Shown here in pieces: positions 1 to 9,697 of a stretch of DNA of 64,000 nucleotides; positions within the stretch are counted from its first letter, which is position 1, and each line of letters begins with the position of its first letter. Made by a program: the position numbers and the translations under genes. The stretch lies in the NCBI GenBank assembly GCA_963849395.1, contig CAWKHR010000009.1, positions 55,320 through 119,319 of the forward strand, read 5' to 3'. Origin of the DNA: Candidatus Acidiferrales bacterium. GTDB taxonomy: Bacteria; Acidobacteriota; Terriglobia; Acidiferrales; UBA7541. A model generated the notes under the pieces. It did no database searches. It had not been told where the DNA came from and saw only the letters and a list, made by a program, of their open reading frames with translations.

Positions 1-424
1 TTCGTCGTGCGTACGACGACGGCGTAACTCACGGAAGAGGCTTAGTCATGGGCACGGTCTGCAGAATGAATCAATCAACGTATTGCTATCTTTGGTTTCC
101 GAAGTCGGCGGAAGAAATACCACAAGGAATTTGGCCGACAAACGGAGATTTGAAAATGTCCGCGAGTGAAAAGTCTTCGGGTCGTGCAGGCCGACCAATA
201 AGCCACCGGCTCCTCTGGATCGTGCTGAAACTCTGGCATCACAGGAAGCAGTGTTTGAGGGACCTCGTACTTAGCGGCTGACGACAGAGATTTCGGCCGT
301 AGCATCTGTTCCGTTACTCCTGCAAGTCTGAAGTTTACCGGTTACGGCGTTAACCAGGGCTTGAGCGGAGCTTTTGACGAAACGCGCTTCGCCTTGATCG
401 TCAAGATCCGCTATACTCTCCGTC

Positions 425-721
425 ATGAATTCGTTCGAGGATCTCTTGACGCTCAAACTCTCCGTCCAGCGTGCACTGCTCGGAGAGGTGACGGACCGAC
501 TCGTTCGCGTCACCTGCGGACTGAAAGACCGACACATTCAAATTCGAGCCCACTTCTCCGGCAGGATTACGGAGGAAGACATCGAACGTATTCAGTGCGT
601 TGGTACGGAAGTCATTGCGGATTTTCCCGAAGGCTACACGATTGATGAGACCGCTGTGTCCGTAGATCACGAAGAACCTGAGATGCTCGACTTCTGGGCA
701 TTCATCAGAGCAAAACAGTGA
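425..721 (+). CDS. hypothetical small protein (98 aa)
   Basis: ATG ORF MNSFEDLLTLKLSVQRALLGEVTDRLVRV... with balanced protein-like composition; overlapping antisense ORF 401..727 looks like a shadow; no family recognised. Confidence 0.45.
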   Translation: MNSFEDLLTLKLSVQRALLGEVTDRLVRVTCGLKDRHIQIRAHFSGRITEEDIERIQCVGTEVIADFPEGYTIDETAVSVDHEEPEMLDFWAFIRAKQ

Positions 722-821
722 AGCCAAATTCCACTTCTCCGGTTAGTGCGTTTACCAGGAGCTTGCGGACTTCCGTATTCGTGAGAGCGCGGACATTGGT
801 ACGATTTCCCAAGGGGTTGCG

Positions 822-1334
822 ATGCCACAGTTAGTTTTTGAGTTCTGGTCTCCAGAGATTGAACCGGTCGCTGAAGCTATTGTGCGCGTTCTTGATGGGC
901 GTCCAACAGAGAATGCGGCTGCAACTAATTCTCTGCAATACGAACCTACACAGCAGGGCTTGGACTGGGCTGCGCAGCAGATTTCTAATGGTCAATTGAG
1001 TTCGTTCTCGCTTCATCCGCTAGATGGCTCCATCCGATACGCGCTTCTTAGCGGACCGGGAATTGGTGGTGACAAGCAGCGGCCGGGTTATATGGGCACG
1101 ATTGAATACACTCTGGCGGATTACACTCACATTTGGACCGAACTCTTGAAGGTGAATGGTCTTGGGATGGTCTGCCTAGGGAATGAAGAGGGAGTCGAGT
1201 TTACTGACGAGCAGTTCACCCCAGGAGATTTTCCTTGGCGAGACAACTTTTTGGTAATCGGTGCCGTGCGAAGCCCCGTGGGAGATTGGATTCAAAAAAC
1301 TGGGCCAAATTATTTCACTTCTGTCGATGCATAA
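822..1334 (+). CDS. hypothetical protein (170 aa)
   Basis: ATG ORF 100 nt downstream of previous ORF on same strand; globular-looking composition; no family recognised. Confidence 0.5.
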   Translation: MPQLVFEFWSPEIEPVAEAIVRVLDGRPTENAAATNSLQYEPTQQGLDWAAQQISNGQLSSFSLHPLDGSIRYALLSGPGIGGDKQRPGYMGTIEYTLADYTHIWTELLKVNGLGMVCLGNEEGVEFTDEQFTPGDFPWRDNFLVIGAVRSPVGDWIQKTGPNYFTSVDA

Positions 1335-1430
1335 TCGAGCATCCGAGTTCCATGACGTACTTTACCGGTTGCGCGTTTCCCAGGAGTTGAGAACTGGGAC
1401 TTCCGGGCAGCTCGCTTAGTCCGAGCGCTA

Positions 1431-1901
1431 ATGCTACCTTTTGAAGCGATGATTGTTGAATCACCGACTATAGAAACCCAGGAAAAAGACGTCCCTCGAT
1501 GGTTTCAAGTTCCTCTGGGACTGGTTCTTGGCGCGTTTACGCTGCTTTGCGGATTTGCCTCGGTGAACCAGTTGCTCGTTCCAAATAAGAAAAGTCCCAT
1601 GCTCGGGATTGTCATCGGGTTGTTACTATTGCTCGGATGTCTGTGGGTGCTCGAAAAATGCTTTCGTCTGCTAACGGGCCGCAAGAATCGGAAAGGCCTG
1701 ATGTCACCGAGCACACTTAGAGTAGTGTCGTTCCTCTTTCTCGTTCTCCCCGTCGTTGGCTTGTTCACTGGCTATTATCGGGAGATGGGTGCGGTAGCTA
1801 TATTCCAAGCGATGATGTATTTCTCGGCCTTTTTGGGGCTTCGTGCGCTGGCTCGGAACCGAGAGTCTTGTGCAGATTCAGATGAGCAAACCCAAAAGTG
1901 A
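1431..1901 (+). CDS. hypothetical integral membrane protein
   Basis: 156-aa ATG ORF with about four hydrophobic helices (LGLVLGAFTLLCGF, LGIVIGLLLLLGCLWVL, VVSFLFLVLPVVGLF, IFQAMMYFSAFLGL). Confidence 0.5.
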   Translation: MLPFEAMIVESPTIETQEKDVPRWFQVPLGLVLGAFTLLCGFASVNQLLVPNKKSPMLGIVIGLLLLLGCLWVLEKCFRLLTGRKNRKGLMSPSTLRVVSFLFLVLPVVGLFTGYYREMGAVAIFQAMMYFSAFLGLRALARNRESCADSDEQTQK

Positions 1902-2013
1902 TCCTTTCAGAATCACGTCAAGTCCCGATTTGATTGCATAACAATGTCGGCTCCTCGACCCGAGTAAACTTTGGTTGTTTAACGAGCACAGGCTCGGGAG
2001 AAAGGAGCCGAAC

Positions 2014-3065
2014 ATGTTACTGATAGGCGTAGATTACCACCCGAGCTATCAGACGATTGCATTTTTTGACGAAGAGACAGGTGAGGTGGCGAACAGAAAC
2101 TGAACCACAGTGATAGACAAGCGGAGAAATTTATCGAGGCGAAGCAGCGAGGAATCTGTGTGCGGATAGGAATGGAGGCTACCGGCTATGCACGCTGGTT
2201 CGAGCGGCTACTTGCTGAATTGGGTTTCGAGCTGTGGATCGGCCATCCCGCGGAGATCAAAGCCAAGCGAGTGAAGAAGCTTAAGTACTACCGTGAGGAC
2301 GCTCGACTCATGCTCAGACTGATGCGGGAGAACAACTTTCCTCGGATCTGGGTGCCAGATCCGGAGAATCGGGATCTGCGACAACTGCTGTGGCATCGTC
2401 ATCGATTGGTGCAGATGCGCACCCGGATCATGAATCAGTTGCAGGCATTGGCGATGAACGAGGGCTATCGCTGGAAGAAAAAACTATTCAGCGAACAAGG
2501 GCGGGCGCAGTTAGAAAAGCTCGCGTTAGCTCCTTGGGCCAGTCGACGCCGGCAAGAGTTGTTGGAGTTGTTCGACCGCATGAATCCAACGATTGAGGAG
2601 TTGACCGCAGCGGTCGAACGGGAAGCCAGGAAGCGACCCGAGGCGCTGCGACTAATGACCCATCCTGGCGTGGGTCCGATTACGGCACTCGCTTATGTGT
2701 TGATCATCGGAACTACGAATCGGTTTCAGCGTGGCAAGCAGGTCGGCACGTATGTGGGCATGATTCCGTGTGAGGACTCCAGTGCTGGCAAGCAGCGACT
2801 AGGGCACATCAGTAAGCAAGGTAGTTCGTTGTTGCGCTACTTATTGGTGGAAGCAGCCCAAGCAGCAGCGCGTGTTCATCCTGACTGGCGACGTCGATAC
2901 ATGCACCTGGCGATGCGTCGGCACAGAAGCATTGCTAAAGTAGCGATGGGACGTAGGCTGGCGATTCGGTTGTACTGGATGTGGCGGAATGGTTATGAGT
3001 ATTCACCATCGTTAGAGTTCGGTTCGTACGCGGGACAGCTCGGCACCCGACATGACGTGAAGTAG
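2014..3065 (+). pseudogene. IS110-family (DEDD) transposase, one frame break
   Basis: MLLIGVDYHPSYQTIAFFDEETGEV (ATG 2014, RBS aaaggag) stops at TGA 2101-2103. Sequence continues in the -1 frame open from 2085 (KLNHSD..GMEATGYARWFERLL..MTHPGVGPITALAYVLIIG..ISKQGSSLLRYLLVEAA). Break lies in gaacagaaac, so could be an assembly indel. Confidence 0.75.
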
Positions 3066-3334
3066 AACGTCGTCGATTTGATTGGGCATCCCGCTCCCTG
3101 CAAAGGGAGTCTGAAGAAGTAATCGTGGTCGAAGTTTTGATCGAAGAGATGTTTAGGTCGGACTGAAGCCGACCGAAAGATTACGAGCGAGCCGTGGTCG
3201 TCGAACCGAAGGTCAAAGAAGAACAAGGAAGACCACTCTTCAGAGTGAACGGAGAAGTACGCTCAAACGGTATTTGACAGGGCCGACATTGTTAGAGATG
3301 TCGGGTAACCGGAAAAGTTCGTACTGGAGCCTTG

Positions 3335-3535
3335 TTAATGGTGCCGTAGGTCCGAAAGACCCGAGAGTATGAAGACCACTCCCACAACAGCGCAAATCGT
3401 CCTGCCCAACCATTTGGGCATTGGCTTCTCGTCTGGGCGTGGGCGACGCATGAAGGCCGGATAGAATGCATCTGCAACGAACCCGAATACGATGGCCACG
3501 AGTCCCACGAAGATCTGAAAAATCCCTCCTGCCAA
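3335..3535 (-). CDS. small membrane protein (66 aa)
   Basis: TTG-start ORF with two hydrophobic helices (IFQIFVGLVAIVFGFV, ICAVVGVVFILSGL); start uncertain. Confidence 0.35.
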   Translation of the reverse strand: MAGGIFQIFVGLVAIVFGFVADAFYPAFMRRPRPDEKPMPKWLGRTICAVVGVVFILSGLSDLRHH

Positions 3536-3670
3536 GAGTTGCTTCCTCCTCGTCGCCTCTGGGCCTAGTTGCCAGCCGACCCGAATTTATCACGCTTTCT
3601 GGAAGTTCCTGATTTGTTGGATAACCGGAAACATAGGTACTAGCAGCCAACTGGGGCTGCAATCTCGGTT

Positions 3671-3988
3671 TCAGTGGACAATCGTCCACATTGCGACGGT
3701 CAAAGCAACAAAGAGCGCATAGGCTGCTACCACTCCTACCCGGTAAACGGCCCTGAGTTTCTCCTTTTTCCCGAAGAACAGTACAACGCAACCGATTGTG
3801 CCAAGAACTGGCCAGACTAATAGAGCGGCGGCTTTCCACCGAGGACGATTATGTTGCAGATAGAATCGAGTCCCCGATGGAAGCATGGAGAGCAGACTGA
3901 ACACAAACGCCCCGAACAGCAGAGCTAATGCATCGACAAAACCTCCACCGAAAACTTCGCTGGGAGTGAGCGGCGGCTGGTTGAACAT
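3671..3988 (-). CDS. membrane protein (105 aa)
   Basis: ATG ORF with three or four hydrophobic segments; same strand as 3335..3535. Confidence 0.45.
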   Translation of the reverse strand: MFNQPPLTPSEVFGGGFVDALALLFGAFVFSLLSMLPSGTRFYLQHNRPRWKAAALLVWPVLGTIGCVVLFFGKKEKLRAVYRVGVVAAYALFVALTVAMWTIVH

Positions 3989-4139
3989 TGCTTATGGGTC
4001 GAGTTTATCTCACTTACCTTGTCCCCGACTTGGGATGAGTCCTGATTTGTTTGAATGAATAGGTCAAGGGAGGAGCACTTGGTGTACAAAAGCTGAACTC
4101 AGCGAGCCCGCTGATTCAGAGACACCAAGGAGGCTCCCC

Positions 4140-5178
4140 ATGGGACCTATGTATTACATCGGACTGGATGTACACAAGCTAAAGATCAGTTACTGCGTGA
4201 AGGACGTCATCGGCAAAATTCATGCCGAAGGATGGATACCCGCTACGCGTTTTGATCTGGATCGGTGGGTGAAGACGCTCCCACAGCCGTGGAGCGCGGC
4301 GATGGAGGCCACTATGTTCACCGGCTGGATCTATGATCACCTGAAACCCCATGCCGCTGTGCTGAAAGTAGCGCATCCCCTGATGCTGCGAGCCATCGCT
4401 GCTGCGAAAAAGAAGAACGACCGTATTGATGCGAATAAAATCTGCGACTGTCTGCGCTGCGATTTTCTGCCCGAGTCTTACATGGCTCCGACAGCCATTC
4501 GCGAACGGCGTCGCACGCTGCGCTACCGTAACCTGCTCGTGCGTCAGATGGTGCAGATGAAGAACAAAGTTGGCATGCTGCTGATGGAAGCCGGTGTCAG
4601 CTACAACAAGCAGAAGCTCCACAAGGCCGGCTATTTCCGTGAACTACTCGCCAGCAACCCAGATATTAATCCGGGGCTGCGCTCGCTGCTGTGCCAGTGC
4701 CGCGAGATGGTGGTGCGGCTGGGGAAGATGGAAAGCTGCTCTGATCCGCTCTCTGCAGCAAGATCGCTTGCTGGCCGAACGCGTGGAGCGGTTGATGAGC
4801 ATCCCGGCGGTCGGGCCGATCACGGCACTGACCTGGGCGCTAGAAGTTGGTGAGGTACAGCGGCTTTCATCGATTAAGAAAGCCATCAGTTATTGCGGGC
4901 TGTGCGGCGCGGAGAAAAGTTCCGGCAACACGGTGCAACGCACGCCATTGTCGAAGCAGCGCAACAAGCATCTGCAGACCACGCTGATCGAAGCGGCTAA
5001 GATGGCCCCACGCTACAGCCCGACGCTGGCACTGCTGTACGACCGCGAGAAGCAGCGAGGGAACGCTAATCGCGCCACGCTGACGGTGGCCCGAAAACTG
5101 GTGGCGTATCTGATGGCCGTGGATCGCGGGCAGACCCATTTTCTGGTGCTGGACCGCGACAGCTGCGCCGCCGCGTAG
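4140..5178 (+). pseudogene. IS110-family (DEDD) transposase, one frame break
   Basis: MYYIGLDVHKLKISYCV.. N-terminus (ORF 4140..4853) switches near 4725-4745 (ggaaag) to the frame of ORF 4594..5178 (..RVERLMSIPAVGPITALTWALEVGE..SKQRNKHLQTTLIEAA). Its 5' leader from 4059 is repeated as a remnant at 17003. Confidence 0.8.
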
Positions 5179-5575
5179 GCTGGCCGGAGAGAGGACGAAA
5201 TTTTTCAGCGCGAGGCCTGCCAGGTCTTGCCGTTAACCCGACTGAGCACGAGAACGCAAGCTCTCGATGCTCCCGTTGATTTGTTTTGAGACTGGCAGGA
5301 ATACACAAACTCAATCTTGCTGGGCAGCCAGACGAGCTGCGCCTGCCAATGGATGTCTGGTTCTATTCACGAATAGAAGCCGCGGCCGAGAGGCCAACAC
5401 CACGCGCTGAGAAAGGCAGAGAAATTTACACCGGCGCTCCTCCCGAGCACATCAGGAGGATTTTGTGCCTCTTGACAAAGACCTATCATAGAAGTCGACG
5501 CAATATAAAAGGGCGCCCTTTATGGAGTAGGGTTTTGAGTGCTAGCTCAACCGCTCCAGAGGAGGAACGCCCTTT

Positions 5576-6643
5576 ATGATCAGTACCAAATATATCGGCA
5601 TGGACGTGCACAAGGAAAGTATTTCGATTGCGGTGATGAACTCGGCCGGCAAGGTGGTGATGGAATGCGTCATCGAGACAAAGGCCAGCGTGATTCTGCA
5701 GTTTTTGAACGGATTGAGCGGAGACTTGCACGTTACGTTTGAGGAAGGAACCGCCGCAGCTTGGCTGTATGATCTGCTGAAGCCGCACGTGGCGCGAGTG
5801 GTGGTATGCAATCCACGTCGCAACGCCTTGCTGAAGGTTGGCAACAAGAGTGACCGCATCGACGCCCGGAAATTAGCCGAACTGCTGCGTGGCAACCAAC
5901 TCCAGCCGGTCTATCACGGTGAGCACGGCCTACGTGCTCTGAAGGAGTTGGTGCGCAGTTATCTGACCATCAGCAAAGATCTCGCCCGGGTGATGACGCG
6001 CGTGAAAGCGTTGTACCGAAGTTGGGGCATTCCCTGCAGCGGCACACAAGTTTACTCGCGGTTGTACCGGGCAACTTGGCTCAGCAAGATCACCGAACCA
6101 GGAGTTCGGCTGCGGGCAGCGTTTTACTTCCAGCAACTTGATGCGTTGCGGACATTGCGCCAGGAAGTGCGGCAGGAATTGTTGGCGGAGAGCAAGAAGC
6201 ACAAGGTCTGGAAACGGCTCTGTGAGATTCCCTCGATTGGCCCGATCCGCGCGGCGGTGGCGCTTGGCATTTTGCAGACTCCGCACCGATTTCGCACCAA
6301 GCGGCAGTTGTGGAGCATCAGTGGTTTTGCGATCGAGACGCGCAGTAGCGCCGATCACCGCCAGGTCAACGGCCAACTGCAAAAAGTGAAGAAGAGAGTA
6401 TCGATTCGCGGCTTGAATCAAAATCACAATCACGATCTGAAGAACCTGTTCAAGGGTGCGGCGGTCAGCGCCTCAACGAAGCCTGGCCCGTTCCAAGAGT
6501 TTTACGAAGCATTGCTGGCCAAGGGCATGCGGCCGGAGATGGCCCGACTTACCTTGGCAAGAAAGATTGCCACCATCGTGTTGATCGTGTGGAAGAGAGG
6601 AGTAAACTTAGACGCTCAATATCTGAAACCACAAACAGTTTGA
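5576..6643 (+). CDS. IS110-family transposase (355 aa)
   Basis: MISTKYIGMDVHKESISIAV.. (DEDD N-terminal motif), ..IPSIGPIRAAVALGILQTP.. C-terminal domain; duplicate at 26187..27254 differs by one residue (L vs F). Confidence 0.9.
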   Translation: MISTKYIGMDVHKESISIAVMNSAGKVVMECVIETKASVILQFLNGLSGDLHVTFEEGTAAAWLYDLLKPHVARVVVCNPRRNALLKVGNKSDRIDARKLAELLRGNQLQPVYHGEHGLRALKELVRSYLTISKDLARVMTRVKALYRSWGIPCSGTQVYSRLYRATWLSKITEPGVRLRAAFYFQQLDALRTLRQEVRQELLAESKKHKVWKRLCEIPSIGPIRAAVALGILQTPHRFRTKRQLWSISGFAIETRSSADHRQVNGQLQKVKKRVSIRGLNQNHNHDLKNLFKGAAVSASTKPGPFQEFYEALLAKGMRPEMARLTLARKIATIVLIVWKRGVNLDAQYLKPQTV

Positions 6644-7080
6644 GTGTCTCTGATCGAGTCCGCTCCATAGCTGAATTTTCTCTGGCGGTGCCGTCGGTTC
6701 TCGAGACACTCGGGTTCTGGGAGCGAGTCGCACCGGTTAGCTAGGCGCAACTCCCGGTCGTGAAGTCTCCCAGTCGACCCTAGGCCCTCTCGGATAACCT
6801 GAAAAAGCGATGGGCCACGAGTCCCAAATAGAACCATGGTCGCCAACTTGACCACCGTTCTGCTTTGCTGGTTTCGGAACTGACAGGCTTCGTTGCCAAC
6901 GAGCATGAAAACCGCTTATAGAGAAAACCCAAACCGTCCGGCCACTGTGCTCTGCCACCGAGCAAATGGTGCGGCTGGTCAGAACAGATCCTGCTCAATA
7001 AGTTGGGCTGCGAAGCAAGAAAACGTCCAGCCGTTGGAGAAGTGTTTTTTCTTGACTTCGCCTTTTATAGAGCTTACCGG
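6644..7080 (+). ncRNA. long 3' non-coding arm of the IS; candidate bridge/seek RNA region
   Basis: 437 nt without credible ORF. 9-bp long-range stem gagtgtctc (6642-6650) / gagacactc (6703-6711). ccggttagct (6733-6742) is the reverse complement of the element terminus with one mismatch. Copy-specific differences are packed in 6669-6763. RNA itself is not demonstrated. Confidence 0.3.
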
Positions 7081-7136
7081 ACAAGTTCGTCCCAGTACCT
7101 CTATGGACGGCTTGCGCGTTTCCCACGATAAAGAGA

Positions 7137-7685
7137 CTAAAACTGCACCGCTGGCGCTAGGCGACATGCCTTGCCAGCGAAAGCAGATTGCGCGAGTTGC
7201 TGGAATTGGTGCTCAATCATTGCAAAGTAATCGGGGATCGCTTCTTGCCTGCCAGCATAGCTTCCAACGGCAAAAACACGCCCCGCCTTCTCAGTTCCGT
7301 TGCTGATCAAGATTTGGTGAACTTCCCACTCCTTGTGGCTTGGTTCACCACCGATGAATAGGAAGTTCTTTTCGGGCAGTTCCCAAAAATGCTTACTGGC
7401 TATCAAGCTGGCCAATTTTTCGACTTGGTCGTGGTCGATTTTTCCCTTACATGTCGGGAGGTCCGTTGTGGCCATCGGTCGTCCGGGATACCTTTGCAAA
7501 ATTAGCGAGCCGTTCCCACGGACGAACAACATTTCAAAACCCTGTTGCAATGGCCAGTCGTACATGATCGTCATCTTTTTCAGGGACTCGGAATCGCGCA
7601 GCATGGGTTCCAAATCCAGTTGATGTTTCCACGGTTCTGCGGACGGGGCCAGCAAGGATAGCAGCACAATGAGAAGGCCTGTCAT
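7137..7685 (-). CDS. secreted hypothetical protein (182 aa)
   Basis: ATG ORF with signal-like N-terminus MTGLLIVLLSLLAPSAEP; no family recognised. Confidence 0.5.
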   Translation of the reverse strand: MTGLLIVLLSLLAPSAEPWKHQLDLEPMLRDSESLKKMTIMYDWPLQQGFEMLFVRGNGSLILQRYPGRPMATTDLPTCKGKIDHDQVEKLASLIASKHFWELPEKNFLFIGGEPSHKEWEVHQILISNGTEKAGRVFAVGSYAGRQEAIPDYFAMIEHQFQQLAQSAFAGKACRLAPAVQF

Positions 7686-7790
7686 GGCAGTTGTTCGTTA
7701 CGATTCGACATTCAAGGGGCACGTTGTATGGTTTTGCGACGCCAAGAATCTCTTCCGACCCTTTCAGCCAGTCTGGAAAAGAAATTAGGC

Positions 7791-8180
7791 CTACCGATGG
7801 CCGTTAGGGAAGTACAAGCCGCCGGCCAGCAACGCATCTGCCGCGGGGCCCAGCGACTCGGCTAGGTGAAGCTTATTGACGAAGCCCTGCGCGCCGGACG
7901 AGCGCGAAAACTCAACGATGTCTGGATCAGGATTGGTGGTAATCATCAAAACCGGCAAGCGTGGCAGCTGCTCCCGGATCTGGCGCAGCGCCCCGAAGCC
8001 ATCCAGCAGCGGCATAGAAATATCCAGGATCACCAGATCGGGCCGCAGCTCCAGCGCCTTGCGCACCGCGTCTGCCCCGTCGCCCGCCTGGGCACACGTC
8101 CACAAGCCATTGTGGGCGCTTAAAATGCCGCAGGCCGCCTGACGAAGGTCGGCATTGTCGTCAACAATAAGAATTCGCAC
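7791..8180 (-). CDS. single-domain response regulator (REC only)
   Basis: MRILIVDDNADLR..PDLVILDISMPLLDG..VLMITT..; receiver motifs, no output domain; C-terminal tail similar to that of 11141..11584. Confidence 0.85.
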   Translation of the reverse strand: MRILIVDDNADLRQAACGILSAHNGLWTCAQAGDGADAVRKALELRPDLVILDISMPLLDGFGALRQIREQLPRLPVLMITTNPDPDIVEFSRSSGAQGFVNKLHLAESLGPAADALLAGGLYFPNGHR

Positions 8181-8491
8181 TCAGGTGAACTCCAAGAGCC
8201 ATCCTGCTACTACCCGATTTTGTCGAAGGCGCCAACCTTGGGGACGAAAGAACCGTCAGCAGCTTGAGCGTAGTATACGCTTGTTGCTGTAACAGTGGTC
8301 CACTAAAATACCAGCCCTCCGTAAAGCTACGTAGTGAGATTCCACTTTTTATAAATGCGTTGCAAGGCGCGCGTCCTCTAATCTCCGGTCCGATTTTGCA
8401 CCATTACGAATTCAGCTTTACGAATTCCCTACGGCATTCCGTGTAGGATGGAAGTGACTGAACGAGAGCATGGCGACGGAGGATTTGGGCT

Positions 8492-9460
8492 ATGGACATA
8501 TTCAGAGAAGGACGCGGGGGCAACACCGAGTTTATGCTGCGGCCATCGATACCCGGCGGAATTCGCAACATTATCATTGGCGCGGTCGCGCTGGCGTTTG
8601 TGCTGTTTCTGCTGTCGTTTGCGGTGCGGGTGACGCGCATCGAGGCCGGGCACGTGGGCGTGGAAATCAACCTGGCGGGACGGCAGCGCGGCGCCTCAGA
8701 AATTCCGGTGCGTACCGGTTGGGTGCTGTATTCGCCGCTGACTACGCAGATCATCGAATTTCCCACGTACGTGCAAACCGTGAAGTGGACTCGCGACACC
8801 AACGAGGGCCATCCGATTAATGAGGAGATGGGCTTCAACTCCAAAGAAGGCATGGAGATTTTCGTCGATGTGTCGCTGTCGTATGCGATTGATCCTTCGA
8901 AAGCGCCGGACTTTTACGTGAAGTATCGCGTGGACGATCTGGACCGCTTTACGCATGGGATTCTGCGAGACATTGTGCGCAATTCGCTGAACGAAGTGGC
9001 GTCGACGTATGTGGTCGAAGATATTTACGGCGAGGGCAAGGCGGAATTTCTGCATAAAGTGGAGGCGATGATTCAGTCCAAGGTCACGCCGGTGGGCGTG
9101 GGCGTGCAGCAATTTGGATTTATTGGGGCGCCGCGCGTGCCGCAAGTAATTGCCGCGGCGATTACCGCGAAAGCACAGGCCATTCAGCAGGCGGAACGGG
9201 CGCGCAACGAGTTGGCGACTACGCAAGCGGAAGCGGCCAAGAAAATTGCCGAGGCGGAAGGCGACGCGAAGTCCTTGGTGACACGAGCGCAGGGTGAGGC
9301 GGATGCGAATCGCATCCGGCAAAATTCGCTGACGCCCCAGCTGCTCGATCTGCGCCGCATCGAAAACTCCCGCGCGCTGATCGACAAGTGGAATGGCCAA
9401 CTGCCCACAGTAGAATCCGGCCAAGGCAGCGGCATGATGCTGCAACTCCCCAAGCCGTAG
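8492..9460 (+). CDS. SPFH/band-7 (prohibitin/HflC-like) domain protein
   Basis: N-terminal TM (IIIGAVALAFVLFLLSF), SPFH core (..VRTGWVLYSPLTTQIIEFPTYVQ..MEIFVDVSLSYAIDP..), Ala/Glu/Gln-rich coiled coil (AKAQAIQQAERARNELATTQAEAAKKIAEAEGDAK); RBS ggagga before ATG. Confidence 0.85.
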   Translation: MDIFREGRGGNTEFMLRPSIPGGIRNIIIGAVALAFVLFLLSFAVRVTRIEAGHVGVEINLAGRQRGASEIPVRTGWVLYSPLTTQIIEFPTYVQTVKWTRDTNEGHPINEEMGFNSKEGMEIFVDVSLSYAIDPSKAPDFYVKYRVDDLDRFTHGILRDIVRNSLNEVASTYVVEDIYGEGKAEFLHKVEAMIQSKVTPVGVGVQQFGFIGAPRVPQVIAAAITAKAQAIQQAERARNELATTQAEAAKKIAEAEGDAKSLVTRAQGEADANRIRQNSLTPQLLDLRRIENSRALIDKWNGQLPTVESGQGSGMMLQLPKP

Positions 9461-9493
9461 ACAAGCTTTCCGGTGCAAGGCGGTGCGGAGCCA

Positions 9494-9525
9494 CTGTAGC
9501 TCACCCCTTCAGGGGTGAGGCTTTC
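9494..9525 (+). repeat. REP-A: TGTAG + hairpin with TTCA loop
   Basis: ctgtagCTCACCCCttcaGGGGTGAGgctttcc, about 35 nt after the SPFH stop; same element at 39905. Confidence 0.8.
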
Positions 9526-9568
9526 CATGGCTACACCGATGTTCCCGGATGGAACAGCAACCCTCGCC

Positions 9569-9639
9569 TGTCATCCCGACCGGAGCACGCTGTTTACCCA
9601 GAGCGTCAGCGAAGGGCGTGCGTGCGGAGGGATCGCGGC
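9569..9639 (+). repeat. REP-B: GTCATCCCGACCGGAG..GCGGAGGGATCG element
   Basis: tgtcatcccgaccggagcacgc..gcgtgcgtgcggagggatcgcggc; conserved arms, long variable centre. Confidence 0.7.
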
Positions 9640-9697
9640 TTGGTCTGCTCGATCTCGCAACGTTCAACTGATTCCCCGCGCTGCCGATAGAAAAGGC

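Larger units (their letters stand above)
5495..7080 (+). mobile_element. IS110-family insertion sequence, copy 1 (intact)
   Basis: Boundaries defined by where identity with the inverted copy 25746..27335 starts and stops. 81-nt 5' arm with 14-nt perfect palindrome aaagggcgcccttt, 1068-nt transposase gene, 437-nt 3' non-coding arm; no terminal inverted repeats. Confidence 0.8.

Noticed and set aside
48-305. ORFs 48..281 (+) and 75..305 (-) at the window start
   Set aside because: They overlap each other and have odd composition (Trp/Cys/Arg-rich) with no RBS or motifs. I cannot support either.
4725-4745. Programmed ribosomal frameshift in the IS110-B transposase
   Set aside because: Programmed -1 frameshifting is a feature of IS1/IS3-type elements, not IS110-family genes. 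There is no slippery heptamer plus structure here, so an indel (real or artefactual) is more likely.
6669-6763. Attempted match of the IS variable patch to each copy's flanking target DNA
   Set aside because: Only 5-6-nt partial matches were found (for example ggatt / gattt), which is no better than chance by eye. I therefore make no guide-target claim beyond the donor-end complementarity at 6733-6742.
9515-9697. N-terminal 61 residues of ORF-track protein 9515..11116
   Set aside because: This stretch is made of a REP-A hairpin and a REP-B element. A proper ATG with upstream aaaagg lies at 9698, just before the PilZ-like domain.
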